From: Mercenaria mercenaria
Taxonomy: Eukaryota
Direction: 5' to 3'
NCBI RefSeq assembly: GCF_021730395.1
Contig: NC_069364.1
Location: 83,467,972-83,531,971 of the forward strand
DNA length: 64,000 nucleotides
Positions within the stretch are counted from its first letter, which is position 1. Each line of letters opens with the position of its first letter. Made by a program: the position numbers and the translations under genes. Of this stretch, positions 11,481 to 24,727 are shown in pieces. The notes beneath the pieces are model-generated. The model searched no databases and was not told where the DNA came from. It saw only the letters and a list, made by a program, of their open reading frames with translations.

Positions 11481-14400
11481 TTTACATGTTTTGATTTATC
11501 ATTGCAATGCCTCGTGGTCAAAGGCGGGAACTGATATTTCGGAGGAATCCTTGCAACAGAAATATTCTGCAGTATGCTCCTCAGGACAATGGCAAGAGGG
11601 ATACTAGGTGCAGATGCTTTAGAAGAGAATGTTGTTGACGGTGTTACCAATCTTCTGCCGGTATGTCGAAAAATAATGTCACAGATTTAGTAGATTGTTT
11701 GTTGTTCAAACATAGAGCCTTAAGTTTTGTTTTTTTTCATAATATTCACGAATGGGGTGTGGCGACGCAAATATATATCTACGCACGCGTCTACAGGCTA
11801 TCCTTTTGACTCTATTTTGGCATACAATATCAGTAAACTCGGTTCCACGGTTATTCAAATTTTACTGTGTATATAACTTTTGATGACATAAGGCAACATG
11901 TACTACACTTAGCTCGCAAAATCAAAGGTGTTTTGTATACACAAATGTATAATTTGATTTAATAGTCGCTATTTTGACAGGCGTCTCTGTTCATAGTCAT
12001 GATTTCCATGCTTTTTCAGTGTCAATTTAAGGTTATAAGGTAGAACTGGAGCAGGTGTCTAACAACAGTTCGTTTTTGTAAACATCATGTTTGTAAAATT
12101 AGATTTAGTTTTTGTATCCTAGCTACGATTTTCATATTTTGATATTTATAAGAATTTTGCATGTAGAGAAATATTTGTTTTGAAAACTTGTGGTACGAAT
12201 GACCTAGTAATTGAACTGTATTTGACATTTCTTTACAAACTTTACGCTCGACAGATGTTTACTTAGCGATTAAGGGTCAGCTTTAATTATAGATAAATAA
12301 GGTATTACAACCGAATTGCACAGTCAAAAGTCCGTATTTTGCAAGGGTTTGGTAGTTAATCTGAATAGTTATTAGCGCATTGAATGTACAGAAAAATATT
12401 AAGTTTTTCTGAGAAATCTACTAATGAATTCATCACTTACATTTCAGTATACCAGGTATTCTTACAAAATTGATGAGATATTGCATTATATGTATAACTT
12501 CAGAGATCGCGCATTGCGTTAGAAGAACTTATTCATTTACGAGTTATGACGATCAATTTCTTTTACGTCAAAGCACTTCAGCTCCATGGTCTAAGTCAAA
12601 CAATAATTTATGGGCCATTACATGCTGGTGAAATCAGTTAACATCAGTTTTTATGCATATGTATTATGACTGTAATTTCTGTAATCGTACGTGGTTTATT
12701 CGCAAATTTTCTTACAATGTAAAGTGTACAAATTTCAACGCGCATATGAAGTCTTTAAGTAATCAAAAGTTGTCGTCTTTTTGTTCGAGCTTCCTTTCTT
12801 AAAGGATCACTTCTCAGATTCTGTCAGTTTAGGAAACATAACAGTTGGAACATCTTATCTCTTACACAAACTGTCTTCTAATTTCATTGAATTGCTATGT
12901 TCACTTTAAGAGTAATAGTTAAATACGTTTCACTGAATTCAGAATAATCAATACGCAAATTTAAAATAATATTGAAACTGACCGAGTAGCCGGTCCCACT
13001 GCTAAATTTCAAGATTTCAGTAAAATGTTTCATTTCACAAAAATATTTCAGGTGAATATAGAGGAACTCACCATTTATCATACAATGAACGATCTTATTA
13101 ACGGTTAATATAACTGGGTTCAATAATTAGGTCACTTCGGATCTCAGTTTACGTCATTCATGCGCAGCAGGTTCAATTTAACCATTTATAAATAGTTTAC
13201 GTTATGTAGCATAGAAGTATGTCAAAACATTAAATTCACAGGCGAACACAAATTAAAACTTATTTGTAGATACACGAGGACGTTGACATATCAATTAAAG
13301 TAGCGGTCATTTGTAACTTAACCAGGTACATAACATTTGAATAGTTTGCTAGATTTTAGAATCTGCATAAATCAAAGTTGAACACTAATAAATTGTCACA
13401 TTTCTAAGATTGTACCGGTTCGTCAACATGACAATTTTTACCGGTCAATCTTTACTCGCCGTTTTTGGTCTGACAAAACTATATCATCATACAAGAATTA
13501 GGATATTTAACAATGTTATGATTTTTACAAAAAAAAAAAAAAAAATCAGTTGGATTTCAGTTTTTTCTGTTACAAAGATTTATTATTTGTCTTTTGATAG
13601 TACCCGGGTGAATATTCCGATTTTGGTATTTATTTTCACCGTCACTGATGACTTGATTTATGATACAGACTGGGATTTACAGCAAACATAACATTGACGG
13701 AATTGTTTCCAATCTTAGCGGCGGTTGTGGTTTGGGGATCAGACTTATTAAACAACTGCTGAATAATAAGTAATAAATCTAAAAGCTCTTTTGCCTCAAT
13801 AGGGCAGTTATAAGTATCTTGTACAAACTATTATGTAGTTGTCAGATTTTATTGCTTTCCTATATACGCTGAACATGTACCAGGTCGTCACGATGACATT
13901 TTTGGTTTGTTATTCAGATTCAGATAAGCAGCTCCTGATGTAGATCCATAGAGTTCGAACATTGTTACAATCTTAAATAAAAGTAGCACTTATTCCTCGG
14001 TTACATACAATACAGCTATTAAATCATTATATATATAAAAAAAAAAAAAAAAAAAAATCACTTACCGTTTACCTTAACAATGACCGATATCAACCCATCA
14101 CATTATTTTCTTATAGTGTATGTTGTTTTGTGAAAGACGAATTTAACTTACATTACAGGCTTAAAATCCTACCCCGCTGCTATTCAATTAATTCTGTTGT
14201 GTGTATGCAACCATGATTATGATAGGCACGTACCACGCTGTTGCACGCAAAACTAATGGTATTTCATATAGAATTATATATAAAATAGACTCTATTTTGA
14301 CAGGTGTCACTGTTCATAGTCGGGATTTTCTTGCTTTTTCAGTTACGATTCAAGGTTAAAATGTAGGACGGATGCAGGGCTTTAAATTAATTTCACAAAC

Positions 14401-15206
14401 TGCACGGGTTTTTCATTTACATATGGGTTTCGTCATAAATAAACTGTTAGACGGCTGTCGAAATAATTGTGCTACCCGAGACAAGCGGGCTCTATCGACA
14501 AAGTTTTTAATAAAGGTCAAATGCGACTGCTTCCCGTGCACGATATACGAGGAATACGAGTTGAAAATATGTTAGACTTTGTTTATTGTATCATACTTTG
14601 GTTTGTTTATGTGAGCAAACGATTAACATACAAATTGTTCAAGTTTCATACTTGTCCGTAGTTGAGAACAAATATGCGTATATAAAATTTCAAAACAATG
14701 AAATATGTATCTATCAAAACCCGTTATTTCAGAATTAAGGAATAGAAATCGGGTCACATAAATTTTTCTATAGGCGCAGACAAAATGTCTTCTGTATGTG
14801 CATTAATTATCTCAATTAATAGAGAAATGATCGTAAATTCAGGACTTCTACTCGTTAATCTGGAGTAAAATGTCAGTTTTTTCTTTTTTCTGCAGTTTCA
14901 GCCAAATCTTTAAAAGGGGAGCTTGTACTGTCTAATTGTTGATGCAAGTTATATCAAAATCATAGCTTTGGAAGTTGTAAGATTAGATTTAGTAATATAT
15001 GGCCCACCGCAAGTTAGTTTATTCAGGTGGCAAATTCATTATAATTAGGCTTGATATTGATGCTATGCCACATTTTGTTTCGGTCAGATGGAATACATTA
15101 TAAGAAAGTAGGACTACAGTTTTTTGGTGATTACATAAAAGATGGTTTTTTTTAAGAATAGTTTGAAAGGCCGTAGAATTTTGGCGGATAAATTATAAAT
15201 TTATTG

Positions 15207-16072
15207 TGGCGGTAAAGTTCTGTCGGCCGTGAGGTGAGCGGATACGGTGTCTGTATGTTTGCATTCAAGTTGCGTACTTTGGGGTATCATATGTTTACCA
15301 GTTTGTGTTAACTGGATAGTAAAAGGTTTTGCCCTAGTACTTGGCAATTCCTAGTGTTGCGTGTGTTGCGTACGTTGCGTTGCTCTCAGTGGTGTCACTT
15401 TGCCTTGCCTTGCCTTGCCTTGCCTTTCATTGACTCGTGTTGCGGTTTTGCTCATTCTCGGTGAAACCCGAAATGGGTGGAATGGTAGCTCGACGTTCAA
15501 TTGAAATTGTTGTGTGTTTGCATTTGAGTGATACCTGTTATAAAGTGCAAAGTGTCTTGTGTTGCTTTGCCTTTGAGTGACACCTGTTACAAAGTACAAA
15601 GTGTCTTGCGTTACTTTGCGTTGTTTGAGTGATACCTGTTACAAAGTACAAAGTGTCTTGCATTGCTTTGCCTTGTGGTCCGTTGTGTTATACTGCCTCG
15701 CTTTACATTGGCTAGGGTTGTGCATTTGACCGCATCCCGGTGACACCCGGGCTGGGTTGGATTCACAATTCGAAGTTCGATGGATTGCGCAGTTGCGTTG
15801 TTTTTGCAAGCCTTGGGTTGGTGCGTCTGTTCTCCTCTCGGTCGACGGATTTTGCTGTGCTTTTAACGACTCTACACGGTGAGACCCTTGTTGAGTCATG
15901 AGCGGCCGATCAACTCCCAATATTGTCAATATACTTTTACTGAATTTAATTAAATTATTACAAAATGTATCATGCGTATGTTTAACTATCGTTGAAAGTA
16001 TCAATGCATATTCTTGATGAATAAAGAGTGTTGTATGAGATAATTGGTTTTTTATTTGAGTAATAAAATAAT
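15207..16072. repeat. 866-bp direct repeat R, copy A (copy B at 17354-18213), inside the 7.8-kb PARP4-like intron
   Basis: tggcggtaaagttctgtcggccgtgaggtgagcgg...gagtaataaaataat is over 98% identical between copies. It contains a ccttg microsatellite and three 60-bp internal subrepeats (gagtgatacctgttacaaagtacaaagtgtcttgcgttactttgc). Confidence 0.9.
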
Positions 16073-16073
16073 G

Positions 16074-16320
16074 GAAATTATTTTAGAATTAAAATAATTT
16101 AATTTATTTTTTCTCAAACTGTTGCTCGTTAATTACCGTCTGCTAGTTTATTAAATTGTCGTCTGTTTTCGTAGATAAACGTGTCATCGATATTGTTACA
16201 CTTGGCTGATCTGAACTGGTTCCTATTGATACTGGTACCCAGTCGATATAATATAAATACCAATAATCTCGTGCAGTTCTCTCACATTTTGCTAGCTACA
16301 CCGTCGGTAACGTCAAAACT
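16074..16320. repeat. Duplicated promoter-like segment P, copy 2
   Basis: See copy 1. Confidence 0.85.
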
Positions 16321-17353
16321 ACCCGCCCGCCACACCCTGTATTTATAGGAAACTTTCGAAACATAGAGTTTTGCATCTTTAATTTCGGGCTAGTATGGTA
16401 GTTTTAACAACTTGCTAGAATACTTTGTCAGTATTTTATATACACTTTACTGATCTATTTATGTTGATCTTACATCATCTGTGGAATGTTTTATGAAATT
16501 GGTTCAAAGTTGTATAGGAAATTTGCATAAAGTCCATCTATTTAACAATAGCTAACGTTGATGTTCTAGTTCAAGTTAATTGTTATTGTCCACCCGGTCT
16601 TGACGACTGAGTTGTTAGGTACTGCCGTCTTTTTACTTACAATTGCAGGGTTAAACCGTGCCAAAGTAAATTGATGAGGGTGATATACCGGAGAGCAATA
16701 ACACTGCAGAAGATAACACATCCAGCCATCAAAATGTATGACGGGGCTAGATGTCATCTTGTTACGTGACCAATGACTTCCAAATGTGAGATGTTCATAC
16801 CGTGTTATGAAGAAAAAACTGAGACATTTTGATGCAGTGTATATAAATTTTGTTATTTAAGAAAACAGTTTAGCATGGGCGTGACTATATTTGTATAAGA
16901 CTCTCCAGTATAATTTGAAAGATTTTATACTTCTTTAAAAAGGCACGGGATAGTTGATTGATATTAATATACGTATTTCTAGTATTAAAATATATAAACT
17001 AAATGTACAAGAAGACAATAGTGAAGTAATAAAATTATTAGAATAAGTTTCACTTTTTAAGTTAAATGTTTCGTATTGACATGAAATTCAAGGACAGGAA
17101 AATAATTATAGGAAGTATTGACTGTCGTAAATATTATTTCATGTGAACTTAAAAACTTTGTGATCACAGTTGGATATCACTAAGAAAATTCTGCTATTAT
17201 TTGTGGTAACAATTATTATGTAGGACACTGGCTTTTTAACTGTGACATTTGATAGACCTTAATATTAGTTTTTCTTCATCTTGTCATAATACTATAAGTA
17301 AAAGGTGTTTATTTATAATACTGGCTTGATGGATATTGTCGCTCATAATATGT

Positions 17354-18213
17354 TGGCGGTAAAGTTCTGTCGGCCGTGAGGTGAGCGGATACGGTGTCTG
17401 TATGTTTGCATTCAAGTTGCGTACTTTGGGGTATCATATGTTTACCAGTTTGTGTTAACTGGATAGTAAAAGGTTCTGCCCTAGTACTTGGCAATTCCTA
17501 GTGTTGCATGTGTTGCGTATGTTGCGTTGCTCTCAGTGGTGTCACTTTGCCTTGCCTTGCCTTGCCTTTCATTGACTCGTGTTGCGGTTTCGCTCATTCT
17601 CGGTGAAACCCGAAATGGGTGGAATGGTAGCTCGACGTTCAATTGAAATTGTTGTGTGTTTGCATTTGAGTGATACCTGTTATAAAGTGCAAAGTGTCTT
17701 GTGTTGCTTTGCCTTTGAGTGACACCTGTTACAAAGTACAAAGTGTCTTGCGTTACTTTGCGTTGTTTGAGTGATACCTGTTACAAAGTACAAAGTGTCT
17801 TGCATTGCTTTGCCTTGTGGTCCGTTGTGTTATACTGCCTCGCTTTACATTGGCTAGGGTTGTGCATTTGACCGCATCCCGGTGACACCCGGGCTGGGTT
17901 GGATTCACAATTCAAGTTCGATGGATTGCGCAGTTGCGTTGTTTTTGCAAGCCTTGGGTTGGTGCGTCTGTTCTCCTCTCGGTCGACGGATTTTGCTGTG
18001 CTTTTAACGACTCTACACGGTGAGACCCTTGTTGAGTCATGAGCGGCCGATCAACTCCCAATATTGTCAATATACTTTTACTGAATTTAATTAAATTATT
18101 ACAAAATGTATCATGCGTATGTTTAACTATCGTTGTAAGTATCAATGCATATTCTTGATGAATAAAGAGTGTTGTATGAGATAATTGGTTTTTATTTTGA
18201 GTAATAAAATAAT
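17354..18213. repeat. 866-bp direct repeat R, copy B
   Basis: See copy A. The spacing between copies is 2147 bp. Confidence 0.9.
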
Positions 18214-18454
18214 ATAGAAGAATTAGTTCCTATTTCAAAGCACAATATGTCTTTTCTTCACTTTGACATAAAAATACAACAATCAATGGTGTTCAACTTT
18301 TTATAAAGCATATGTCATATTCCAGAACTGGTATCTCTGTTAAAACAAGCTTACGCTAGAAAGAAGTCACGTAAACGTGCGGTGACGTCAAAAGTTTTTG
18401 TTGCGACCAAGAAAGAGCACTACTATATTTTATCTACTGTTTTAGATTAAGGGC

Positions 18455-18625
18455 ATATTAGAATCGAAATAATTTATAGCAAAACCATGTTTTAACACTA
18501 TTTATACACTTGGGCGGTAATACGTCGTACAAATAATTTCACTCGGGCTGCGCCCTCAGGAAATTATTGCACCCGACGTATAACCGCCCATTGTGCATAA
18601 ATAGTGTTAAAACACTCTTTTGCTA
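18455..18625. repeat. Near-perfect 170-bp palindrome (hairpin-forming, MITE- or foldback-like)
   Basis: aaataatttatagcaaaaccatgttttaacactatttatacacttgggcggtaatacgtcgtacaaataatttc..gggctgcgccc.. is followed by its reverse complement, with arms of about 85 bp at about 93% identity. Confidence 0.7.
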
Positions 18626-18871
18626 TAAATTATTTCTTAAATATTTACTGATCTTTATTCATTCTACTGAATGCACAAGTACTGATTTCAGTACAAAACG
18701 TAAAATAAATCTATAAACAGAAATGGAAGGACATTTTTCTTCATAGATCTTTTTTTCTTAATCTCTCCCTGTCTTGATTCAGGAATAAAAGTGACAAAAA
18801 TCCATTTTCAAGCAGTAAAATTTAGAAACTAATGACAATATCTTAAATAACTTTATATAATTTTAAACACT

Positions 18872-19002
18872 TTAAACCCACCTCAGATGCAAGGTCCATC
18901 AATTTTGCTCTGACATGTACAGATTTAAGATTCACAGGCACATCATCATTACAAACAAGACCAGCCTTGACCTTTGACATAGGGTCAACAATGTCCTTGA
19001 CA
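18872..19002 (-). CDS. PARP4-like exon, linker and start of the VIT domain (SLKDVKDIVDPMSKVKAGLVCNDDVPVNLKSVHVRAKLMDLASE)
   Basis: Acceptor ttgttgcacag and donor TCTGAG|GTGGGT. The pattern VP..LKSV.V.... continues without a break, in phase 0, into the exon at 11060 after a 7.8-kb intron. Confidence 0.7.
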
Positions 19003-19821
19003 TCTTTCAGACCTGTGCAACAAAGTAATGATATAGAACACTTGTAAAATCCTAAAAGTCAATATCCTTCTTTCATTTTAACATTTAAGATATATCTTAT
19101 ATAAGTAAAAGATACAAATACTAACTCATTTTGAAAATACAAGAAAAAGATACAAATACTTATTAATTTTGGATTTGTATAAATGTACAGTCTAACATAC
19201 CTGTAAAAACCACCCTTTGGAAATGAAGAATATGGTCTTTGTTGACAGGACTGGTAGTCCCTCAACAAAGATAAATTTACACTATTAGAGTGTCATCGGG
19301 GAAAGGAAATTGTGGCCTTTATAGACAGGTTTTGTAGTAGGGCTCTTTATTCGGAGTTGGTCTTTAGCAAAAGTCAGAATATTATTAAATTCAAGATTTT
19401 CACTGATATAAGCATTTTCATAACTTGAGTATTTACAAGAAAAGAATATTTTGAAAAGAAAACTACAATGCTGATATAGTTCACTGATTAAGCGTTCAAT
19501 CTAATTATATTTCTTGAAGATAATATTTCAGATAAGATCATAAACACTGTTGTACTGTACCTATAACAATATGTTATTGTAGAAGAAGACCTCTATAAGC
19601 TGTTGCTTTCGGCTCTGATACTTTTTCAGGCATTATCTTCTGTACTATGTATCATGAATTGTAAATACTGCAATCATTGTTTGAAATAACCTACATATGT
19701 ATGTTTAAACTAATGCTGATATGTTTACACCAAAAATTGTTATAAAATAGGGATATAATCTGAGTTTTACTAAACCGATCTGGAATTTGGCACTTTATTG
19801 TGTATGTGATTTAATACATAC

Positions 19822-19975
19822 TGATTTCATTAGCATCTTCATCATCTAACTCTGATATTTCCTCTGTATTTACATATTCTTCAAAAGTCTCTTTAATCAC
19901 ATCAGTATCGGTTGTAAACTCCACCAGATATTTCAGTCTCTGTTGATCCGGACTGTACACAACATACTCATCATT
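19822..19975 (-). CDS. PARP4-like exon following the catalytic domain (NDEYVVYSPDQQRLKYLVEFTTDTDVIKETFEEYVNTEEISELDDEDANEI)
   Basis: Acceptor ctgcacag and donor ATCA|GTATGT, in phase with the neighbouring exons. The block E(Y/F)VVY...Q....YL..F is the usual end of a PARP catalytic domain. Confidence 0.6.
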
Positions 19976-20034
19976 CTGTGCAGTATAAGTATATACATGT
20001 AGTTTTGGTTAAGCTTATAAGTAACACCAAATCC

Positions 20035-20155
20035 ATTTCGGTCATATGGCAACTTTCCAGTCTAAAAGGTGGAGTAAGACCCCTGGTGCACCTTCAGCCA
20101 TTATTTCAGGCAAAGTACGAGTGATTTGAAATTGTTGACCTTAACCACTTGGCCA
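20035..20155 (-). mobile_element. SINE family 1, truncated copy
   Basis: ggtcatatggcaactttccag...gtttggccaagtggttaagg is a partial match to the SINE1 tail and head. Confidence 0.45.
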
Positions 20156-20457
20156 AACATTTATAAATAACACATATAACTATGCATACATCATAAATCT
20201 ATTTCTATGCATATTTCTCCACTAGTATTTCAATTTCAAGACATGAAGCCGTTGTATAGTTAAAGGCAAATACGACAATGATGATAATTGTGGTGTTTCT
20301 AGAGAAGGAATTACAGTATTATTATTATCATCTTGATATTGATGATAAAATCAATAATTGATATGTATGACAACTACCTGATAATGATAAACATGACTTC
20401 ATGAACATATATCTTAATCAAGCTAAAGCCTAATTTCATTTAGGTTGAAAAACTTAC

Positions 20458-20641
20458 CTTGAAAGCAGACGGAAATTCTTCAGATGTTTTCACACCATGA
20501 ATACTGTGGTAACCTTCAGGTGCACAGGTCAAGGTCAAATCCTTTTGATACATAGTTTTGCAGTTGCCAAGGGCAACCTCACTAACTAGCATGAATCTTG
20601 TACCCTTCTTTTGACTTGGAGAGGAATAGCCCACACTAGTA
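20458..20641 (-). CDS. PARP4-like exon, catalytic domain C-terminal part (TSVGYSSPSQKKGTRFMLVSEVALGNCKTMYQKDLTLTCAPEGYHSIHGVKTSEEFPSAFK)
   Basis: Acceptor tttattttag and donor TTCAAG|GTAAGT. PARP signature (L/M)L.CEVALG...L......P.G.HS..G. It overlaps ORF 20440..20634(-). Confidence 0.8.
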
Positions 20642-21191
20642 CTAAAATAAAGTACTGCACATTATTGTGTGTCAAAGTAAATGAGCTGCACAAACATAAT
20701 CGGCAGTTAAAGTGTAAACGTTTTACTGAGAGTTAAGTTATCTTCGTGTACTTACAATAAAATGTTGACAACAATCAAACCATTTCAATTTAAGCTAATC
20801 AAATTTAACTTGACTGAGTAAAGCTCAATGCTAATTTGAACAATAAATAAGTCTATTTCCTCAAATAAAAAGTACTCGTTACAATGTTATGTTTGAGCTT
20901 GGAGACCAGTCTGAGAGTGCAACTCTGTCATTGGTAGATTTCCAATCTGTTTTCAGAAACAATCAATCAGATGCTGGAGTTTTGAGACTGGTTTCTAACC
21001 TCAACTTTTATATTTCTGGGCCCTGATGGTACATAAGAAGACATCTTTGTGACCCTCCCAACAGTTAAATCAACAACCTCTGAGCTGGGCCAAAGACACC
21101 TTATTCGCAAGATCACAGCTAATATTCCTTATTTGAATCAAATGTTTCCCAGCAAACAAAATCACATGTGAAATAGCATTAAAAGTTTTAC

Positions 21192-21290
21192 CTGGCTGCA
21201 CTTGCGAAGTAAATTCCTGAACCAAGCATGCCTGGATCAGACCTTGTACCTCCATGGTCGTCAACCACAACTCTAGGCATTAATAATCCT
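21192..21290 (-). CDS. PARP4-like exon, catalytic domain (GLLMPRVVVDDHGGTRSDPGMLGSGIYFASAA)
   Basis: Acceptor gttttag and donor CCAG|GTAAAA. The GSGIYFA motif is the PARP-family G(K/S)GIYFA nicotinamide-pocket block. Confidence 0.75.
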
Positions 21291-21866
21291 CTAAAACAAA
21301 CAGAAATAGATCAAGTGTTAAGAAATTGAAAGGTTGTATGTTAGCTATCAATACACTCTGTGAATATAAAAAAACACTGTTTAACATCTTTGGCATTATT
21401 CATATACACACTAGTGTGAATAGTGCACTGTACTAAGTGAAGATACTTTTACGAAAGTTTGAAAGTTCCACTTATAACTTAAAGAAAAAACAAATCTTAG
21501 ATTTTATCACACATTATCCATCAATGAGAAAAACAAGGAGCTGCATTAGTATCAAGTCATTCTGGTAAGGGGTATTGATGCTAGACGAAACGGTCCCATT
21601 TTGCTTAACCTCGTATGGATGGACAGACGGACAGGACAATCACTATATGCCTCCCGCATCAGTAGATGCTGGTGGCATAAAAATATCACAATCGCATTTC
21701 TCTTATTATGCAAAAAGTATCAAATTAATAATTTCAAGCTATTTTTCAAATTTTCCTGAAGGTTTTATAATTCATCTACAATACAGATCTATAGGTTACA
21801 TATATACAACGCACATTAGGATGTATACATACTGTATCCCTATTGTAAAACATTTAGAATACTTGC

Positions 21867-22004
21867 CTTGACAAGATTCCTACGATATTATTGGCCTTGG
21901 AAGCATGGAAGAGAAGTTGTTTATTGGGAATATCACATGTGAAATTGGTGCTCTCCACTGGACGATTCACAGCAAATACTGCCTGAATTTTTATAGTACA
22001 GTCT
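21867..22004 (-). CDS. PARP4-like exon, catalytic domain (DCTIKIQAVFAVNRPVESTNFTCDIPNKQLLFHASKANNIVGILSR)
   Basis: Acceptor tttatttcag and the non-canonical donor TCAAG|GCAAGT, a GC-AG intron. The sequence follows the PARP block LL(W/F)HGS..N..GIL..GL, and the frame gives ...ILSR+GLLMPRVV with the next exon. Confidence 0.7.
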
Positions 22005-22885
22005 CTGAAATAAACAAATAATGCATAATTATATACATTGTAAATCATTACATTATTTCACAAACACATTCACCACAAAACATTAACAGTGAGAGATCAA
22101 TAGACCAATAAATTCTGACCATTATTTTTCAGTATCATTTGCTACCATCATTAACACATACTTGGGATTTAGGCATGCCAGCCAAGGCCAATCTTTTTTT
22201 TTATGATGAGCATACCTTACAGCAGTTAAATAATAATAACGGCAAACTGAAAGTTGATGCTCTTGAAAGGCTTATCTTGCAATATCAAATTACGCCTCAA
22301 AACAAGGTATACTAGAAATTTTTTTAACTGATTTAAGTTAGGAATATACTTTCTTTAAGTTTAAGAAGAATATGCAAAAGTTTGGGACAACATCAACTGA
22401 CATGCAAATGACATGTCAGAAACAAAGGGGAGCAACTCAAACTATCAGAACTCCAAGTGTCTCTGTCATCATACAGTTCTATAAAACTACAAAGTCATAG
22501 CCCAGTGATAAAAATTCAGTCTGTAAGGGGAGATAAACAGAAATCTATTTCAAATAGACCTCTTCTGCTTTTATCTTTCTTCTCACTGTCATCTAATATA
22601 ATGCATCAAGTAGTGCTTCTTTAAATTCAACAGAAACGATATTGTCTTGACGCAAAAATATTGAAATATAAATTGCATAATGTGAAATAACTCAGACGCC
22701 ATCTAAGACAAAGTTATTTTGGTTCCTGCAATTTGAACTTCCATTCCACTGACTGTGCAAGCAAGTTTCTTTAAATTCCCTCAAGTTGGAAAATTAATGT
22801 CTAGACAAAGTACACTTTCTACATCCAAGTTTTACTTTTACCATATGTAAACAATTTAACAATAACAACTAATCAGAGATCTCAC

Positions 22886-23046
22886 CCAGTTAGTGACTCC
22901 TCTATCAGCTGTTTGACAGTATGGAATTCAGTACTTGTTGTACTTAAACTGTCAATCCCACATCTTAGAGCTCTATATTTAGCTGGTGTACTTGCTCGCA
23001 GGGAGAAGTCTGTGGCTTCACTAACTGATATCATGTCCTTCACCAG
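22886..23046 (-). CDS. PARP4-like exon, start of the catalytic domain (LVKDMISVSEATDFSLRASTPAKYRALRCGIDSLSTTSTEFHTVKQLIEESLT)
   Basis: Acceptor gttttacag and donor ACTGG|GTGAGA. PARP signature ...Y.AL.C.I..L...S.EF..I..Y. The exon ends in phase 2 and completes a Gly codon with the next exon. Confidence 0.65.
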
Positions 23047-23788
23047 CTGTAAAACACCGTACAAAGACAATTTCAAAGGCAGTCATTCATACATTTTGCT
23101 AAAAATGAAGTCTTTAAAAAAAAAATATTTGTTTCAATTGTTCACGGTATGACCTTTTGTACAAATTCAATGACATGTAAGTTTATTGCAAATTATATTT
23201 GCAAATAACAAGTACAATTATTCGAAAGAAGTGTATGTGATGCTCTTGAAAAATCACAAAACTGGCACTCAGTCCTGGACATTTAGAAAAAAAAAAGGGA
23301 AAGCTGTGCTAGCTTCAGAAATATAGCTGAAACTCCGTATCTCGAATTCCAAATGATGAAGCGTTTTAGTTCGAGATGAACAAAATTTGACTCAAAATGA
23401 TATTTTGTGCATATATTTTTGGGCCGAGAGTTGAAAATGTCTTTGAGACAGCCAGAGTTTTGAGATAAGCAAATACGAGACTGTAATTGCTGTTGTACAA
23501 TGATCTGCTGGGGTTTCCCTGCTTAAATGGATATGGAAGTTACCCAATAACCTTTCAGACATTTTAAACATACAGTGAATCACTGCTTGTCAAAAATATC
23601 CAGGCTTGCTCAAGCAGTTCATGTAGTACCCACCCATATTTCTTACATTTTTGTAACCATTTCAAGCCTTCAAATTATTGTTAAGAGCATTTTCTTTGCT
23701 TTTGAGGCTTTTGATTTCAGCTGGGTATACCACTGTATTTATAAATTTATAGGCAGACTGTGACAAAAGTTTTAAAGAAAGTTCGTAC

Positions 23789-23962
23789 CTGACAGATATC
23801 TTGTTTCCTTGACAACCAGTATTTAGTAGGTACCATCACTCTATACTGATGCCTGTGGGGGAGTGCAATATAGAACTCATTCATCAGCTTAAAAATCTTA
23901 CTGCTATCCCCGCTGTCTAGGGCAGACTTGATCTGCTTCAAAATGGCTTCAGCTTTATTAAT
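23789..23962 (-). CDS. PARP4-like exon, PARP regulatory domain part 2 (INKAEAILKQIKSALDSGDSSKIFKLMNEFYIALPHRHQYRVMVPTKYWLSRKQDICQ)
   Basis: Acceptor tctag and donor TGTCAG|GTACGA. It contains the PARP regulatory-domain hallmark F-Y-x-x-(I/L)-P-H. It overlaps ORF 23747..23941(-). Confidence 0.65.
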
Positions 23963-24727
23963 CTAGAATATCGAAGGTTAAAATTTTATGTGAGTCATAA
24001 TTAAGAAATAATATATCTCATTCAGTGATCTGTCAGTGAATAAAATCATTGTTTGGAGTTCAGATGCGAAGGAAATAGATCACAAGGGCACAGCACAAGT
24101 GATATATTAATACACATCTGAACAATAAACAATGATCTTATTCAAGAGAAAATCATTAAATGAGATATATTATTTTGATTTTAACACATTATCAAGGTAT
24201 ATTATCTACATCTTTGAAAATATTCAACAAATACTTGCTGTTTTTCCCACAGGCTGCTATGACATTTTACACTATGACGTTAAAATTGTGACGTAAAATC
24301 GGTGAGTGTTGCATAATATTAAACAGTTTCGATCTTCTTTAGTTTAACAGGGAAATGAATCGGGCAGTGTTAGAATACTGAATATAATAACCTCACAAAT
24401 ATGAAAATGACATTGCGCAAAAGAATTTTTTTCACTGACACTGGAGACTTTTATTTCACTTTTACCATACTCATTTACATGCATATTAGAATGTACTTTC
24501 AGAATTTGCATAAGGCAAGAACAAAATGAGGGAAAGGCAACTTTTCTATGTACATCACAATACTCCTACGTATTATTTCTTGACACCTTCTGTGCCAACA
24601 AAACAAATTCAAAAGCACTACTCCATGTTAACAATAATCTTTGAAATAGAGAAAACCTAAATAAATCTACTCCAAAATGTATTACCTTGTCCTGTTGTTA
24701 TAACAAATCTAATATTAAATTGAATAC

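Noticed and set aside
11441-11650. ORF 11441..11650(-) as a possible first exon of the PARP4-like gene
   Set aside because: Beyond the initial MV it has no similarity to the PARP4 or VIT N-terminus. The upstream PARP exons are found 8-20 kb further on, and the true VIT-start exon is at 18872-19002.
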